Made by a program: the position numbers and the translations under genes. Positions 1 to 9,100 of a stretch of DNA of 55,453 nucleotides are shown here, piece by piece; position 1 is the stretch's first letter; every line of letters starts with the position of its first letter. The notes under the pieces were generated by a model that did not search any database, was not told the DNA's origin, and saw only the letters and a list, made by a program, of their open reading frames with translations. Source of the DNA: a virus (lineage: Duplodnaviria > Caudoviricetes); the IMG/VR virus record IMGVR_UViG_3300023171_000001, positions 1 through 55,453 of that record, one strand, 5' to 3'.

Positions 1-127
1 CGCACGAATTCAATTATTCTTTCAAACTTAAACTTGAAGGTTTTGAAAATCCTTTTGAATATGGTTTTAAACTTCAGTTTGCCGAAATGCCGCATTTTCA
101 TTATGTCACTAAGTTCCAGCAACTAAT
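1..127. repeat. 127-bp direct repeat of the contig end (copy 1); circular assembly overlap
   Basis: Bases 1-127 are identical to 55327-55453, and an ORF reads in frame across the join. Confidence 0.97.
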
Positions 128-177
128 CATTAATGAAATGTCCCAAAACGCCAACAACCAAAACGCCTATCTGGGAA

Positions 178-471
178 ATGAAAAACCGACACAAATCAAC
201 GGAAAACTGGCAAGGGATAACTAAGCAGCTAAAGGATTATTTTGCGACTATCCAACTACCTGAAAAGTTTGCATTAGATGCTGGCAGCGTTGTTGTAGAC
301 CCCGCAAAATTCATAGACAGGCATTTGGCCGTGGTTGAAAATAATAACGGTGTACCGACCTACAAACCCTATTTGGAGCGACTTATTAAGGCAAAGGACG
401 TGCTGACCAATTTGGAGAAACAAAAGCGTTTGGCGGCAAATTTGCAGATCGGGCAAAATGGTTTGCGATAG
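178..471 (+). CDS. Conserved Bacteroidetes phage protein (DUF6965-like)
   Basis: YFATIQLP...DPAKFIDRHL...N..PTYKPYLERL pattern recalled for this family; start placed at ATG 178. Confidence 0.55.
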   Translation: MKNRHKSTENWQGITKQLKDYFATIQLPEKFALDAGSVVVDPAKFIDRHLAVVENNNGVPTYKPYLERLIKAKDVLTNLEKQKRLAANLQIGQNGLR

Positions 472-673
472 CTGCGAAAAGGAAACCAGGCCAAAGTTTA
501 TGTGGAAGGTTTTCTTGCCTAATGGTGGCGGCATAATTTGCGAACATATTGTTTGTTTTGAATGCATCAAAAACAGCATTGCAGAACAAAAAGAAAATCC
601 CTGGTTAGATTTTTATGTAGAAATAGTATTGAATTTAAACGAAAAAAGAACGCATGAACCAAATTTCAAATGA
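458..673 (+). CDS. Small Zn-finger-like protein
   Basis: CDSC...CEH..CFEC Cys/His pattern; overlaps neighbours in operon fashion. Confidence 0.55.
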   Translation: MVCDSCEKETRPKFMWKVFLPNGGGIICEHIVCFECIKNSIAEQKENPWLDFYVEIVLNLNEKRTHEPNFK

Positions 674-1010
674 CGGCCAATTGGGTCGACTATCTCAAAG
701 ATTCATTCTTACAGTAATTCATGTTGCTACACTGGTAGACAATCACCGCTTTCGTGAAAATTCTAAGATTCAACAAACTATCGAAGGTTTTGAAGAATCT
801 TTTTCAATAATTTCAGACAACGAAACAATAAGTTATTCAGTCTTTGAAACAACTGAAGACCGTGAATCGGTCAGTTTTATGATTCTGCTTTTGCCTGGTC
901 AGGAAACTGTTTTTACGGCTTCTATCGCAATAGATGTGCCTTTTGATGTGGTGAAAAAGACCATAAAAGAAGCTATACTTGATTATCCCGCCAATATCTT
1001 AAACAAATAA
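654..1010 (+). CDS. Hypothetical protein
   Basis: 118-aa ORF preceded by the conserved leader AAACGAAAAAAGAAC (637-651). Confidence 0.75.
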   Translation: MNQISNDGQLGRLSQRFILTVIHVATLVDNHRFRENSKIQQTIEGFEESFSIISDNETISYSVFETTEDRESVSFMILLLPGQETVFTASIAIDVPFDVVKKTIKEAILDYPANILNK

Positions 1011-1016
1011 ATATAC

Positions 1017-1514
1017 ATGGAATCAGTAAAAATTCAAATCAATAGCCTGGAAGCACTAGAAAGGCTAATAGGTGGTGAAGCAGAACTTGAAATTGAACTT
1101 CGCCACAGTGTGGCCGCTGCGTTCGCCAAAAGGTACCTGGGAAGTGCTATTTCTGAAGAAGTGAAAGACCAGGTTGACAGAAAAATTAAACTGGAAGTTC
1201 AGGAAGCTTTTCTAAAGAAAATTCAAGGTTATTCAAATACTTTTGAATTAAAAAGCGATGTCAAAGATATGATTACAGAAGAACTGAACCTTAAAGGACG
1301 GTCTTTAATTGGTGAAATTGTTGCAGAATCTTTAACCAAAAAACACATAATTATAAAAGAGGTTGAGGATAAAATGAAAACAAATCTGGAACAAGTTGAC
1401 AAGGCTATTAGTATAGCTGCGACCAGAATTGCAAATGATCTATCAGAAATAGTATTAACTAAACGCATTGACGCACTTGTTGACGTTCGTATAAAAGAAA
1501 AGCTTGGATTATGA
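1017..1514 (+). CDS. Hypothetical helical/coiled-coil protein
   Basis: 165-aa ORF in a tightly packed operon. Confidence 0.75.
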   Translation: MESVKIQINSLEALERLIGGEAELEIELRHSVAAAFAKRYLGSAISEEVKDQVDRKIKLEVQEAFLKKIQGYSNTFELKSDVKDMITEELNLKGRSLIGEIVAESLTKKHIIIKEVEDKMKTNLEQVDKAISIAATRIANDLSEIVLTKRIDALVDVRIKEKLGL

Positions 1515-1849
1515 ATCTATTAATATACGGCCTGTTTGACAATACAATTGTCTTGAAAACCCCTTTAAAAGAAATTAAAATAAAGGTTGGTACCGATGAA
1601 GCAAAAAGAGGTGTAAATATTCGATGCTCTGACGAAACCGCACTATTTGCCAGGTTCTACGCTGGTGTATGGGAAATGACCCTGGTAAACACTGGCTATC
1701 ATTTTAAATGCCAGTATTCGCCAGACTTAACCCGTGCAACCCCTAGGGAAGTTGAAGGCCTGGAAACCTCAAACCGTTCATTTGTTGCGGTGTTCAAAAT
1801 GATTGTGCTGGTTTTTGTTCAGAATAAAACCTATAGAATCAATGATTAG
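1511..1849 (+). CDS. Hypothetical protein
   Basis: ATGA overlap with the upstream gene. Confidence 0.7.
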   Translation: MNLLIYGLFDNTIVLKTPLKEIKIKVGTDEAKRGVNIRCSDETALFARFYAGVWEMTLVNTGYHFKCQYSPDLTRATPREVEGLETSNRSFVAVFKMIVLVFVQNKTYRIND

Positions 1850-2066
1850 TGAACAACACCTTGACCGAATTTTAAGAAGAATGCTTTGGATATTTTTAGG
1901 ATTTTGGTTTACCTTTTTTCTCCTGGTAATACTCACAAAAGATATTAATTTCTTCGCCTATTGTTGTGCTGTTTTGTATTGTTATTGGTACGAATTCTTT
2001 CCACAGTCGGCAGCATTGTCTTTTTACCTGGCTTATCTTATCACAGTAAAACACTTTAAAAAATGA
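1842..2066 (+). CDS. Small membrane protein
   Basis: Hydrophobic segments; ATG 1842 overlaps the upstream stop. Confidence 0.6.
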   Translation: MISEQHLDRILRRMLWIFLGFWFTFFLLVILTKDINFFAYCCAVLYCYWYEFFPQSAALSFYLAYLITVKHFKK

Positions 2067-2299
2067 GTAAATTTTTAAAAGTTCTATTGTTTAATATCAT
2101 TATAGTGAATATGCAAATACTAGGGGCTATTGTTGTTATTATTGGCCTGAAGTATGATATAAATTTTATTTTGAATCTATTAAAAACAAATCTTAATCTA
2201 ATTCAAGATATAATTGCCTGTAGTGGTTTTGCTTCTGGTCTTATCGGTTTTCATGCAACAATGGGAAGGTATTACAATGGAGAAGAAATCGCTAAATAA
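2063..2299 (+). CDS. Small membrane protein (2 TM)
   Basis: Two hydrophobic stretches; ATGA overlap. Confidence 0.65.
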   Translation: MSKFLKVLLFNIIIVNMQILGAIVVIIGLKYDINFILNLLKTNLNLIQDIIACSGFASGLIGFHATMGRYYNGEEIAK

Positions 2300-2681
2300 A
2301 ACCGTCCAGTGTGCAAAATGCCCCTGGAAGGTAGGCACCAACCCGTACGAAATTCCGAACGGATATGACGAAGAAAAACATAAGGCCTTAGCAAGAACTT
2401 GTTCTTCAGGTATTGAACATTTGGGGGTTGGTGTCTTGCCTGTAATGTCTTGCCACGAAACGCATAATGACTATTGTGTTGGCTGGTTGCATAATCAACT
2501 GGGAAACGGCAACAACATTGCCTTACGTGTCAAAATGATGGGCTATACGCCTTTTAAGCTGGTGGTGATTGGTAAGCAGCACAAAGTTTTTGCCGACACC
2601 TTACCAACTGCGAAACATTTGAATGATTTTATTAACTCAAAACGGAAAAGCAATGCCGAAAATAAAAAGCTGGTCGCCTAG
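2277..2681 (+). CDS. Cys/His-rich conserved phage protein (DUF6283-like)
   Basis: CAKCPW...MSCHE....CVGWL..Q....NNIALR motif. Confidence 0.6.
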   Translation: MEKKSLNKTVQCAKCPWKVGTNPYEIPNGYDEEKHKALARTCSSGIEHLGVGVLPVMSCHETHNDYCVGWLHNQLGNGNNIALRVKMMGYTPFKLVVIGKQHKVFADTLPTAKHLNDFINSKRKSNAENKKLVA

Positions 2682-3309
2682 AATTTATCATAAAAATGGC
2701 GAACGTCATTTTGATATTAATCTAATGTATGATTCAGAAGTTGGTTTTTATTGTAATGTTCCCGCAGAATTTGCGGAAGTTATTCCCATACTTTCAGATG
2801 AAGTAAAAAAAGAACTTTGTATTAATCGCATTTATAAACGTGGTTCCTATCACGATATAATTGTTGCAAAAACAGAAAATGATTTTTATGGTACGGCACC
2901 CAAAGCATTGACTGCTTTATTGGAAGCTGCGGTTGTAAGAAAACAAGTTATTATTCTTTATTTTGAGAAAGAAGGCCAGAGTAATATTGATAATGATTAC
3001 AATAAGGAACACCAAAAAACAGGTGTTAAGTTGGCAATAAAATACTGTACAGAATTAAGCATTGGCGACAAAAAGGACTATGCAGAATTTACAATGGTTC
3101 AAAGGTTTTCACAACTGGAAGAAGATAGAATAAATGTTTACCCAGGAAGAAAAGGCCATGTTGTTTTAGATGATACGCCAGAAAATAGAATCTTTGTTGA
3201 GGATTTTTACAATAAATTGAAGCAACTATCTGAATTACTTTCTGATATTATTATGCAACCTGGAAGATTACTTGAAGTCATTTCTTCCAATCAAAAACTT
3301 CTAAACTAA
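2653..3309 (+). CDS. Hypothetical protein
   Basis: 219-codon ORF from ATG 2653, preceded by the leader AAACGGAAAAG. Confidence 0.75.
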   Translation: MPKIKSWSPRIYHKNGERHFDINLMYDSEVGFYCNVPAEFAEVIPILSDEVKKELCINRIYKRGSYHDIIVAKTENDFYGTAPKALTALLEAAVVRKQVIILYFEKEGQSNIDNDYNKEHQKTGVKLAIKYCTELSIGDKKDYAEFTMVQRFSQLEEDRINVYPGRKGHVVLDDTPENRIFVEDFYNKLKQLSELLSDIIMQPGRLLEVISSNQKLLN

Positions 3310-3947
3310 TGTCTGAAACCTATAAACCCATGCTTCACCCCGAACAATTTGCAAAAGTTGTCGGGTTGTTTTGTTCAATAAGGAAGACTAAAAAGTTTGA
3401 TCTTACTAAGCCGTTTATCAATGGTGAATATTTGGTTGCAACAAACCAAAAGTCCCTTGTTGCGTTAAGGCTGGATTTGCTTGATATTGAAGGAATGCAA
3501 AAGGATTTCTTTTCTAAGAAGCGGCCAAATAATGCTTTGGTAAATCTCCCTATCGGTTATACTGACATGGACATTGATTGCAATAGGCTTAGAAAATACG
3601 TTGATTCAAGCCTTGCTTCTGGCTATGATTATATTTACAGGCCTATTCCTTGCGATTACTCCAAAACTAAAGAAACCATTCGGGAGTGTAACACAAGTCG
3701 TTACTATGGCTGCGAGTGTATTAATAAAATGCGATTTAGCCAGCTTGATAATAGTACGATCAAGATTGATGGCCAATTCTTTTTTGCTTATCAATTACGG
3801 GCTATGCTGACGGTTTGTGATACCTTAGAAGTCCCCCTGGTTGGACTGAAGTTGTCCAAAGGACTTGAACCACATCGTTTTAATATCGGTGAATCAATTG
3901 TTTTAATTGGCGTTGTTCCAGTGCCTAAAAACTTCGATAGATTATGA
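3309..3947 (+). CDS. Putative sliding-clamp (DNA pol III beta)-like fold protein
   Basis: PF.NGEYLVATN..SLV at the N-terminus, IKIDGQFF...L..ML internally and PHRF...VLIGVVP at the C-terminus resemble beta-clamp-like phage proteins. Confidence 0.4.
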   Translation: MSETYKPMLHPEQFAKVVGLFCSIRKTKKFDLTKPFINGEYLVATNQKSLVALRLDLLDIEGMQKDFFSKKRPNNALVNLPIGYTDMDIDCNRLRKYVDSSLASGYDYIYRPIPCDYSKTKETIRECNTSRYYGCECINKMRFSQLDNSTIKIDGQFFFAYQLRAMLTVCDTLEVPLVGLKLSKGLEPHRFNIGESIVLIGVVPVPKNFDRL

Positions 3948-4246
3948 AAAAGACTTCTTATGAAGAACTGAAAGCACTTGAACACGGTGCTATTTTCTGG
4001 GCTTATACAGGGGTTACTTTCGGGTTTGTGCCTTTTGTTTTCTGTTGTGTTAATCCAACCTCTGACAGTATTATTGTCTTGGAAGAAAAGGCAAATCATT
4101 CATTACTTACCACCGTTTCAAAAGCTGCACATTGTTCAAGTATTTTTTACGTTGGGAAATATGATAAGAATTTCTTAAAACAAGAAACTTGGAGGCTGGC
4201 AGATTTGGCTTTCAAAAAAATGGAAGAAACTAAAAACCAACTATGA
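3944..4246 (+). CDS. Hypothetical protein, paralog family B
   Basis: MKK..Y.ELK.L..GA.FWA..G...VPFVF shared with 4243..4608. Confidence 0.75.
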   Translation: MKKTSYEELKALEHGAIFWAYTGVTFGFVPFVFCCVNPTSDSIIVLEEKANHSLLTTVSKAAHCSSIFYVGKYDKNFLKQETWRLADLAFKKMEETKNQL

Positions 4247-4608
4247 AAAAACTAACATTCCAAGAAATCAAAAAATTACCTCCTGGTGCTATGTTTTGGG
4301 CATTTGATGGCAATATGTATGTGCCTTTTGTATTTGTCAAGGATTACCCACCAAGTCCCGACGTTATTATTTGCACAGAATCGTCAAATGATTGTTCAAA
4401 TACTGTTATATTTTTGATCTCTCAAAATCAAGATGCAACTGCCTATCGTGCAAAAATGAGTAGTGATTTTATAAAATTTATGCATGATTCTTTGCATAAT
4501 GCTGACGACGAAAAACACCCTTATTTAATTTATTCTAATACCGCACCCTATCCCGACTGGCTTGAAGAATTGAAAAAGGAATATCACCGAAACCAAACAG
4601 AAATATAA
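4243..4608 (+). CDS. Hypothetical protein, paralog family B
   Basis: MKKLTFQEIKKLPPGAMFWAFDG..YVPFVF. Confidence 0.75.
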   Translation: MKKLTFQEIKKLPPGAMFWAFDGNMYVPFVFVKDYPPSPDVIICTESSNDCSNTVIFLISQNQDATAYRAKMSSDFIKFMHDSLHNADDEKHPYLIYSNTAPYPDWLEELKKEYHRNQTEI

Positions 4609-4609
4609 T

Positions 4610-4927
4610 ATGGAAACTCCCGTAAGATGTGGCTATTGTTGGAAAGACTTCGATATGAATGAAGGTTATGGTGCTGATATAATCCAGCCTAAAGACGAAA
4701 TCATTTGCCCCGACTGCCATAATATTGATGCCAGGTATGAACAAGTTAAGCTTGACTATGAAGAAATATCTGAAGAAATGTCTGAAGCTATCTATACTAT
4801 CAAGCAATACGAAGCTTCATTAATGAAAAATAAGCAACGCCTTCAAGACTTGATTAAAGAAAATATTGAGGCCTTTAACTTTTTGAGGTCACATAAATTT
4901 ATTGAAGAACCTGTAATTCCTGAATAA
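4610..4927 (+). CDS. Zn-ribbon plus coiled-coil protein
   Basis: CGYC...CPDC followed by a heptad-rich helix. Confidence 0.7.
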   Translation: METPVRCGYCWKDFDMNEGYGADIIQPKDEIICPDCHNIDARYEQVKLDYEEISEEMSEAIYTIKQYEASLMKNKQRLQDLIKENIEAFNFLRSHKFIEEPVIPE

Positions 4928-4928
4928 T

Positions 4929-5189
4929 ATGCACGGAAACCCCAAAGTCAAGTCTATCAGCAAGATAGAAGGAAAGGTTTACTTAGAACTTACAGAAGTG
5001 GAGGCTAAAGCGTTGTATAATATGACTGTATACGGCACAAAGCCGTTTCTGGAATGGTTCTACAGGAATCTAGGGAAAGTCTATCTACAACAACATGAAG
5101 CGGGCATAATAAGCTTGTTTGATACGGTTCGCAACGAACTACCGCAGCACATTGAAAAAATAGATAATGCCCGTAAACTTTTAAAATAA
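4929..5189 (+). CDS. Hypothetical protein, paralog family C
   Basis: LELTEVEAKAL...FL.....D.VRNELP..I.KI aligns with 5576..5830. Confidence 0.7.
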   Translation: MHGNPKVKSISKIEGKVYLELTEVEAKALYNMTVYGTKPFLEWFYRNLGKVYLQQHEAGIISLFDTVRNELPQHIEKIDNARKLLK

Positions 5190-5191
5190 GT

Positions 5192-5338
5192 ATGGAAATA
5201 GGCGACTTGGTTTATTGTACCAAGAACAAGTTTCAAGGTATAATTACAAAAATAAAGCATGGTCAGTTTGGTTATATTATTATTGAAAAAGGCAATATTA
5301 TTTGTCATACAACACTTGAAACCCTTATAAAACAATAG
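5192..5338 (+). CDS. 48-aa SH3/KOW-like mini-protein (not in ORF track)
   Basis: MEIGDLVYCTKNKFQGIITKIKHG...; fills the gap exactly between two genes and matches the C-terminal domain of the 48016 and 49702 proteins. Confidence 0.7.
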   Translation: MEIGDLVYCTKNKFQGIITKIKHGQFGYIIIEKGNIICHTTLETLIKQ

Positions 5339-5339
5339 T

Positions 5340-5603
5340 ATGGAAATAATACAAATACAATTCAACGAAATCCAGCCTTCTGATCTAATCACAATCAAAT
5401 GGTTTGCCGATGGCAAGCCGCTTGAATTCTTGGTTGCTGCAATAATGGGTGTAGATCGTGCTTTGAATGCTAATATTGAAGTTCCACCGCACCAAATCAA
5501 CCTAATGAATGCCAGGTTCTGCGGCTGGCTGGATTTTGATAAATTAGAAGTTTTACAATTAAAAAAGAAATCAGAATGGCAAAGAAATTTAAGCCTGAAG
5601 TAG
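5340..5603 (+). CDS. Hypothetical protein
   Basis: ORF in operon. Confidence 0.65.
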   Translation: MEIIQIQFNEIQPSDLITIKWFADGKPLEFLVAAIMGVDRALNANIEVPPHQINLMNARFCGWLDFDKLEVLQLKKKSEWQRNLSLK

Positions 5604-5830
5604 AAGTAACTTTGAAAGTAACGGTTCAATTGAACGAACAAGAAGTTCGTGGCCTGTCTTTATTTGTGTCGGCTTATGCTGACCATTTCCTTAAATTTTG
5701 TCAAACACAGGAACCACGTTTGGCAGCCTATGAAGTTGACACACAGGTTTTTCTTGATAAGGTGAAAGAAGAATTTCCTGCTATAATTGACAATATTAAC
5801 CGAATTAAGAAAGCCACAAAATTTGAATGA
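5576..5830 (+). CDS. Hypothetical protein, paralog family C
   Basis: Similar to 4929..5189. Confidence 0.7.
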   Translation: MAKKFKPEVEVTLKVTVQLNEQEVRGLSLFVSAYADHFLKFCQTQEPRLAAYEVDTQVFLDKVKEEFPAIIDNINRIKKATKFE

Positions 5831-5831
5831 T

Positions 5832-6017
5832 ATGAAATACTTAGTTTTGTTTATCTACCTGGCTATTTTGTTGAATCAAATTGTCAATCTAGTTCTGGCA
5901 ATTGCTGAATCTATTTTAGATGCCAGAATTGAAGCTTCTAAGAAACGGCTTCGAGAGGTTGAGCAACAAAGGAAGGATTTGATCAAAACAATTATTCAAT
6001 CCCTTTCACAGAATTAA
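5832..6017 (+). CDS. Small TM plus coiled-coil protein
   Basis: N-terminal hydrophobic helix, then SKKRLREVEQQRKDLIK; similar to the next gene. Confidence 0.65.
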   Translation: MKYLVLFIYLAILLNQIVNLVLAIAESILDARIEASKKRLREVEQQRKDLIKTIIQSLSQN

Positions 6018-6027
6018 TTTGACTGAT

Positions 6028-6228
6028 ATGGAAAAGACAGGTAGTGATATTTGGCTGGCTTTGTTTTATGCGTCAATGATAGCTTTTATTATCCTTGTTG
6101 TGGCTATGATTTTATTAACTCATTTCTATAAACAGGGAAGTAAAAGTTTGAAAGAAAGTGTTGACGACATTAAAGACGAAAGGAAGAAAATGATTAAAGC
6201 CTTAGTTGAATCATTTTTGCGTAAGTAG
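6028..6228 (+). CDS. Small TM plus coiled-coil protein
   Basis: TM helix, then SLKESVDDIKDERKKMIK. Confidence 0.65.
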   Translation: MEKTGSDIWLALFYASMIAFIILVVAMILLTHFYKQGSKSLKESVDDIKDERKKMIKALVESFLRK

Positions 6229-6261
6229 TTGATTATTAGTTCATTTAGAATCTGTCATAGG

Positions 6262-6492
6262 ATGATTTACACCGACAAAACCCATTTAGTAGCCGAAAAT
6301 CTGGACATTCTTCACGACTTTGCAAAGGTCATTGGCCTAAACAGGTGTTGGTTTGAAGGTACCAAGAAAGGACACCCGCATTATGATATTCCACCAGGCA
6401 AAAAGCAGCAAATACTTTCCTCCCCCCTGGTTAAGATTGTATCTAGTAGGGAAGTGTTGGCCATATCGAAAAAAAGCTTGAAAAGTCTTTGA
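6262..6492 (+). CDS. DUF4031-like protein
   Basis: HLVA..LD.LH.FA..IGL.R.WF......HPHYD motif. Confidence 0.75.
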   Translation: MIYTDKTHLVAENLDILHDFAKVIGLNRCWFEGTKKGHPHYDIPPGKKQQILSSPLVKIVSSREVLAISKKSLKSL

Positions 6493-6545
6493 ATGTAAAT
6501 ATAATTTGACTTACATTTGCATACCAAAATCAAAACGAAAAAGAA
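6488..6545 (+). promoter_or_regulatory. Bacteroidetes-type promoter with TGTAA-N12-TTACA operator and conserved leader
   Basis: TTTG (-33), TACATTTG (-7, 6512-6519), TGTAA 6494-6498 / TTACA 6511-6515, and leader AAACGAAAAAGAA 6533-6545. Confidence 0.7.
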
Positions 6546-6546
6546 A

Positions 6547-7305
6547 ATGACTATCAACGCAAAAAACAGCTTCAAAGAAGGGTGGATTATGCTGCACCAG
6601 CCTTTCGAGTTTGGCGAACTATCAAAGCCAATTCAAATGAAAACCGTTCTGTATGCCTATTCTGAAAGGCCTTTGTTCGATATAGAATTAACGCCTGAAG
6701 GGCGTGAAATACTTGACCATGCTGCGGAAGTGTTCAATTATGCAAGCCCGTTTAGTGGTGGGGCTGAATTGGTCGGTGGCTATCGTTGGGGGAAATATAT
6801 CGGAGAAGACCAGGACAAGTATGAAGACCGCTTTGTGTCACAGTATGACGAAATAACCAAACAGCATTGTATTGTGGAGGTTCACAAAGGCAATGCCGTA
6901 CAGTGTTTTATTGAAAAACAAACGGCTCGTTTCTATCCGAAAGAATATAGTGTTCTAAGCCGTGAAAGTTTTGAAACTGTACTTAATTCTGATGATTATT
7001 TCTTTATGGTGGAGAATGAAGAAGCCTTCAATTATAAACATATTCAAGATAAGGTTCATTATTTAAAAAGTCGTGGCGTTCCTAAGCACCTGGCAGAACG
7101 CTTTTCAAGTGCTGAAATGAAAGACAATGTTTGGTTTAAACCCAAACCCCCCATTCTTTCGATGTTTGCCCGTGACCATGAAATTTATTTGCCCGACCCT
7201 GATTATACCAAGTATTTTGAAGGGTACGGGATGGAATGCCCTAAATCTTTTTCAGCGTTCTTTGCTGAACATGGTATTGAAGTAGTTGAAGAAATGATTT
7301 TATAA
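6547..7305 (+). CDS. Hypothetical protein with a SufB/SufD-like C-terminal helix motif
   Basis: 253-codon ORF; DKVHYLKSRGVPKHLAERF resembles the (L)FYLxSRGI motif. Confidence 0.55.
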   Translation: MTINAKNSFKEGWIMLHQPFEFGELSKPIQMKTVLYAYSERPLFDIELTPEGREILDHAAEVFNYASPFSGGAELVGGYRWGKYIGEDQDKYEDRFVSQYDEITKQHCIVEVHKGNAVQCFIEKQTARFYPKEYSVLSRESFETVLNSDDYFFMVENEEAFNYKHIQDKVHYLKSRGVPKHLAERFSSAEMKDNVWFKPKPPILSMFARDHEIYLPDPDYTKYFEGYGMECPKSFSAFFAEHGIEVVEEMIL

Positions 7306-7315
7306 CCCTACCACC

Positions 7316-7645
7316 ATGACAACGTTTGAAGAATATAAGATTTATCTACTGGCTAAAAACGATTTCAAAAACAGTACCGAAATAAATAAAGCTATAACAA
7401 AAAAGCTTTTAAAAACTGATGGCGGATTCTGTTATTATTTTTGTCAAAAGCATGGTGTATGCTTTCCTGAATTGCCTATTCTTTTTGATATGTTCGCAAA
7501 ATCTAAAGTTAAGGCAAAGATTTTCGGCTTCTGGTTTAAACCAGGTGATACAAAGGCAAGGTATGAAAAACTACTGATTGCCATTAAAAAATGTGAAAAA
7601 CTTATTAAAAATGAACAATTTTCAAAGACAAGAACCGCACCTTGA
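7316..7645 (+). CDS. Hypothetical protein, paralog family A (GFCxYF...FWF)
   Basis: GFCYYF...HGVCFPEL..LF...GFWFKPG....RYEKLLIAI. Confidence 0.8.
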   Translation: MTTFEEYKIYLLAKNDFKNSTEINKAITKKLLKTDGGFCYYFCQKHGVCFPELPILFDMFAKSKVKAKIFGFWFKPGDTKARYEKLLIAIKKCEKLIKNEQFSKTRTAP

Positions 7646-8075
7646 TTTGCACCTGAAAGACCTTGACGGGGAATTGTGGCGTAGTGTGGTAGGTTACGAA
7701 GGCCTTTATTCTGTATCTAATTTGGGTCGTATTAGGTCGGAATCTCGAATGAGGCCACATAGTGGTTTCATATTAGGCCGAATAATGAAGTATAAGGACA
7801 ACGGAAGAAAATGTGTTTTCCTTAATCTTAGTAAAGATGGTATCAAGCACAGTCGAAATATACCTGGCATTGTTGCGGATGCGTGGATTGAAAAAAAACG
7901 GGATGGTCGTTTTCTGGTTGTCATGCATAAGAATAAAAATCCATTAGATAACAGGGTTGACAACCTGGAAATAGTCACCAGAAGCGTATCAAGAATAAGG
8001 GACTTAGAATTAAATCTAATCCCCTATACTTCACTAAGTAAAGCAGAAAAAGCAAATGGAAATCCAACGCCTTGA
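7611..8075 (+). CDS. NUMOD4-HNH homing endonuclease
   Basis: ELWRSVVGYEGLYSVSNLGRIRS (NUMOD4) and VMHKNKNPLDNRVDNLE (HNH). Confidence 0.9.
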   Translation: MNNFQRQEPHLDLHLKDLDGELWRSVVGYEGLYSVSNLGRIRSESRMRPHSGFILGRIMKYKDNGRKCVFLNLSKDGIKHSRNIPGIVADAWIEKKRDGRFLVVMHKNKNPLDNRVDNLEIVTRSVSRIRDLELNLIPYTSLSKAEKANGNPTP

Positions 8076-8307
8076 CTTTGTAAAAATTACACCTGTACCA
8101 GCTGGGAAGTACATGGTGATTATTAGTGATTATCCCAAAGACAAGAATGAACAATTCCTTGACCAAAACAACATTCCTTTACGCAAGTTCTGGCGAAGGA
8201 AAAGGATTTTCAAAGGCTTCAAGAATGCACAAAAGCATTTTGATAAGCTTAAAAATCAAGCATGGTCGAAGTTCTTTGTTGATAACAATATCATTCATCA
8301 AAATTAA
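8056..8307 (+). CDS. Hypothetical basic protein
   Basis: ORF in operon. Confidence 0.6.
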   Translation: MEIQRLDFVKITPVPAGKYMVIISDYPKDKNEQFLDQNNIPLRKFWRRKRIFKGFKNAQKHFDKLKNQAWSKFFVDNNIIHQN

Positions 8308-8311
8308 AATT

Positions 8312-8596
8312 ATGGCTTATTTATGTAGTGATTTCAAGCCTGAAGAAATTGAAATATTAAAGAAAAACTTTGAGGGTACCAAGTTCAAAAACCTTCACTT
8401 CAGGAAGTTCGGCTTGGTTGTAGAAATTGAACAAATTGTCACGCTTCCAGGTAGAAGGGAACCTGTTTTTGCAATGCTTCCAATTGAAGTTTCTTTTCTT
8501 CAGCCTATTTTGTACGAAATAGATATTGACAAAGGAACCATTCAAAAAGAGGCCATAATTAAGGCTAATGCTGAATTTAGAATAATTGACCTATAA
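8312..8596 (+). CDS. Hypothetical protein
   Basis: ATG 8312 after an A-rich leader. Confidence 0.65.
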   Translation: MAYLCSDFKPEEIEILKKNFEGTKFKNLHFRKFGLVVEIEQIVTLPGRREPVFAMLPIEVSFLQPILYEIDIDKGTIQKEAIIKANAEFRIIDL

Positions 8597-8616
8597 TCTT
8601 TCACCTTAATCAATCA

Positions 8617-8865
8617 ATGAGTAAAGACAAACAAATGCTTGTCCGTTTGGTAGCGGCCACAAGCATCAAAGGCGGGGACACAATCCTTAAACCTATTTCT
8701 ATTATCTATCCTGGCGAACGTGGCAGAGAGGTTGACACGGTTGAATATAAAGTTCTCTATGCCAGTGATGTAGATATAATTGCCTACAGTATGGGAAGCC
8801 GTCAAGCCTTTCCAATCTACAACGACCAAAGACAGGAACAAGTTTACATTCTAAAAATCAAATAG
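8617..8865 (+). CDS. Hypothetical protein
   Basis: ORF in operon; A.SIK.GD.ILK weakly resembles the 9093 gene. Confidence 0.65.
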   Translation: MSKDKQMLVRLVAATSIKGGDTILKPISIIYPGERGREVDTVEYKVLYASDVDIIAYSMGSRQAFPIYNDQRQEQVYILKIK

Positions 8866-8866
8866 T

Positions 8867-9100
8867 ATGCCCGAAAAACCAGAAGTTCCAACCCTTGAAG
8901 ACGCATTAATGGAATTGCGTCGGGAGGTAAAAATGAGAATGCGAGTTTATCCGAATTGGATAAGTAGCGGCAGGATAACAAAAGAAGCTGCCGAACGTCA
9001 AAACGCCAGATTGCAAAAAGCAATTGATTTGCTACAAGGTTTAAGACCTAAAACGATTGATATTTTCGCACAAGTAGACCCCGACCTGAATCATGCCTGA
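8867..9100 (+). CDS. Conserved phage hypothetical protein
   Basis: ELRREVKMRMRVYPNWI..GRI....A motif, recalled from many phages. Confidence 0.75.
   Translation: MPEKPEVPTLEDALMELRREVKMRMRVYPNWISSGRITKEAAERQNARLQKAIDLLQGLRPKTIDIFAQVDPDLNHA

Noticed and set aside
1-127. Terminal direct repeat as a biological DTR
   Set aside because: It is exactly 127 bp (a common assembler k-mer) and falls inside a coding sequence, so it is best explained as a circular assembly overlap.
7611-8075. HNH gene as part of a group I intron
   Set aside because: The flanking ORFs are complete and overlap it in operon fashion; no split host gene is evident.
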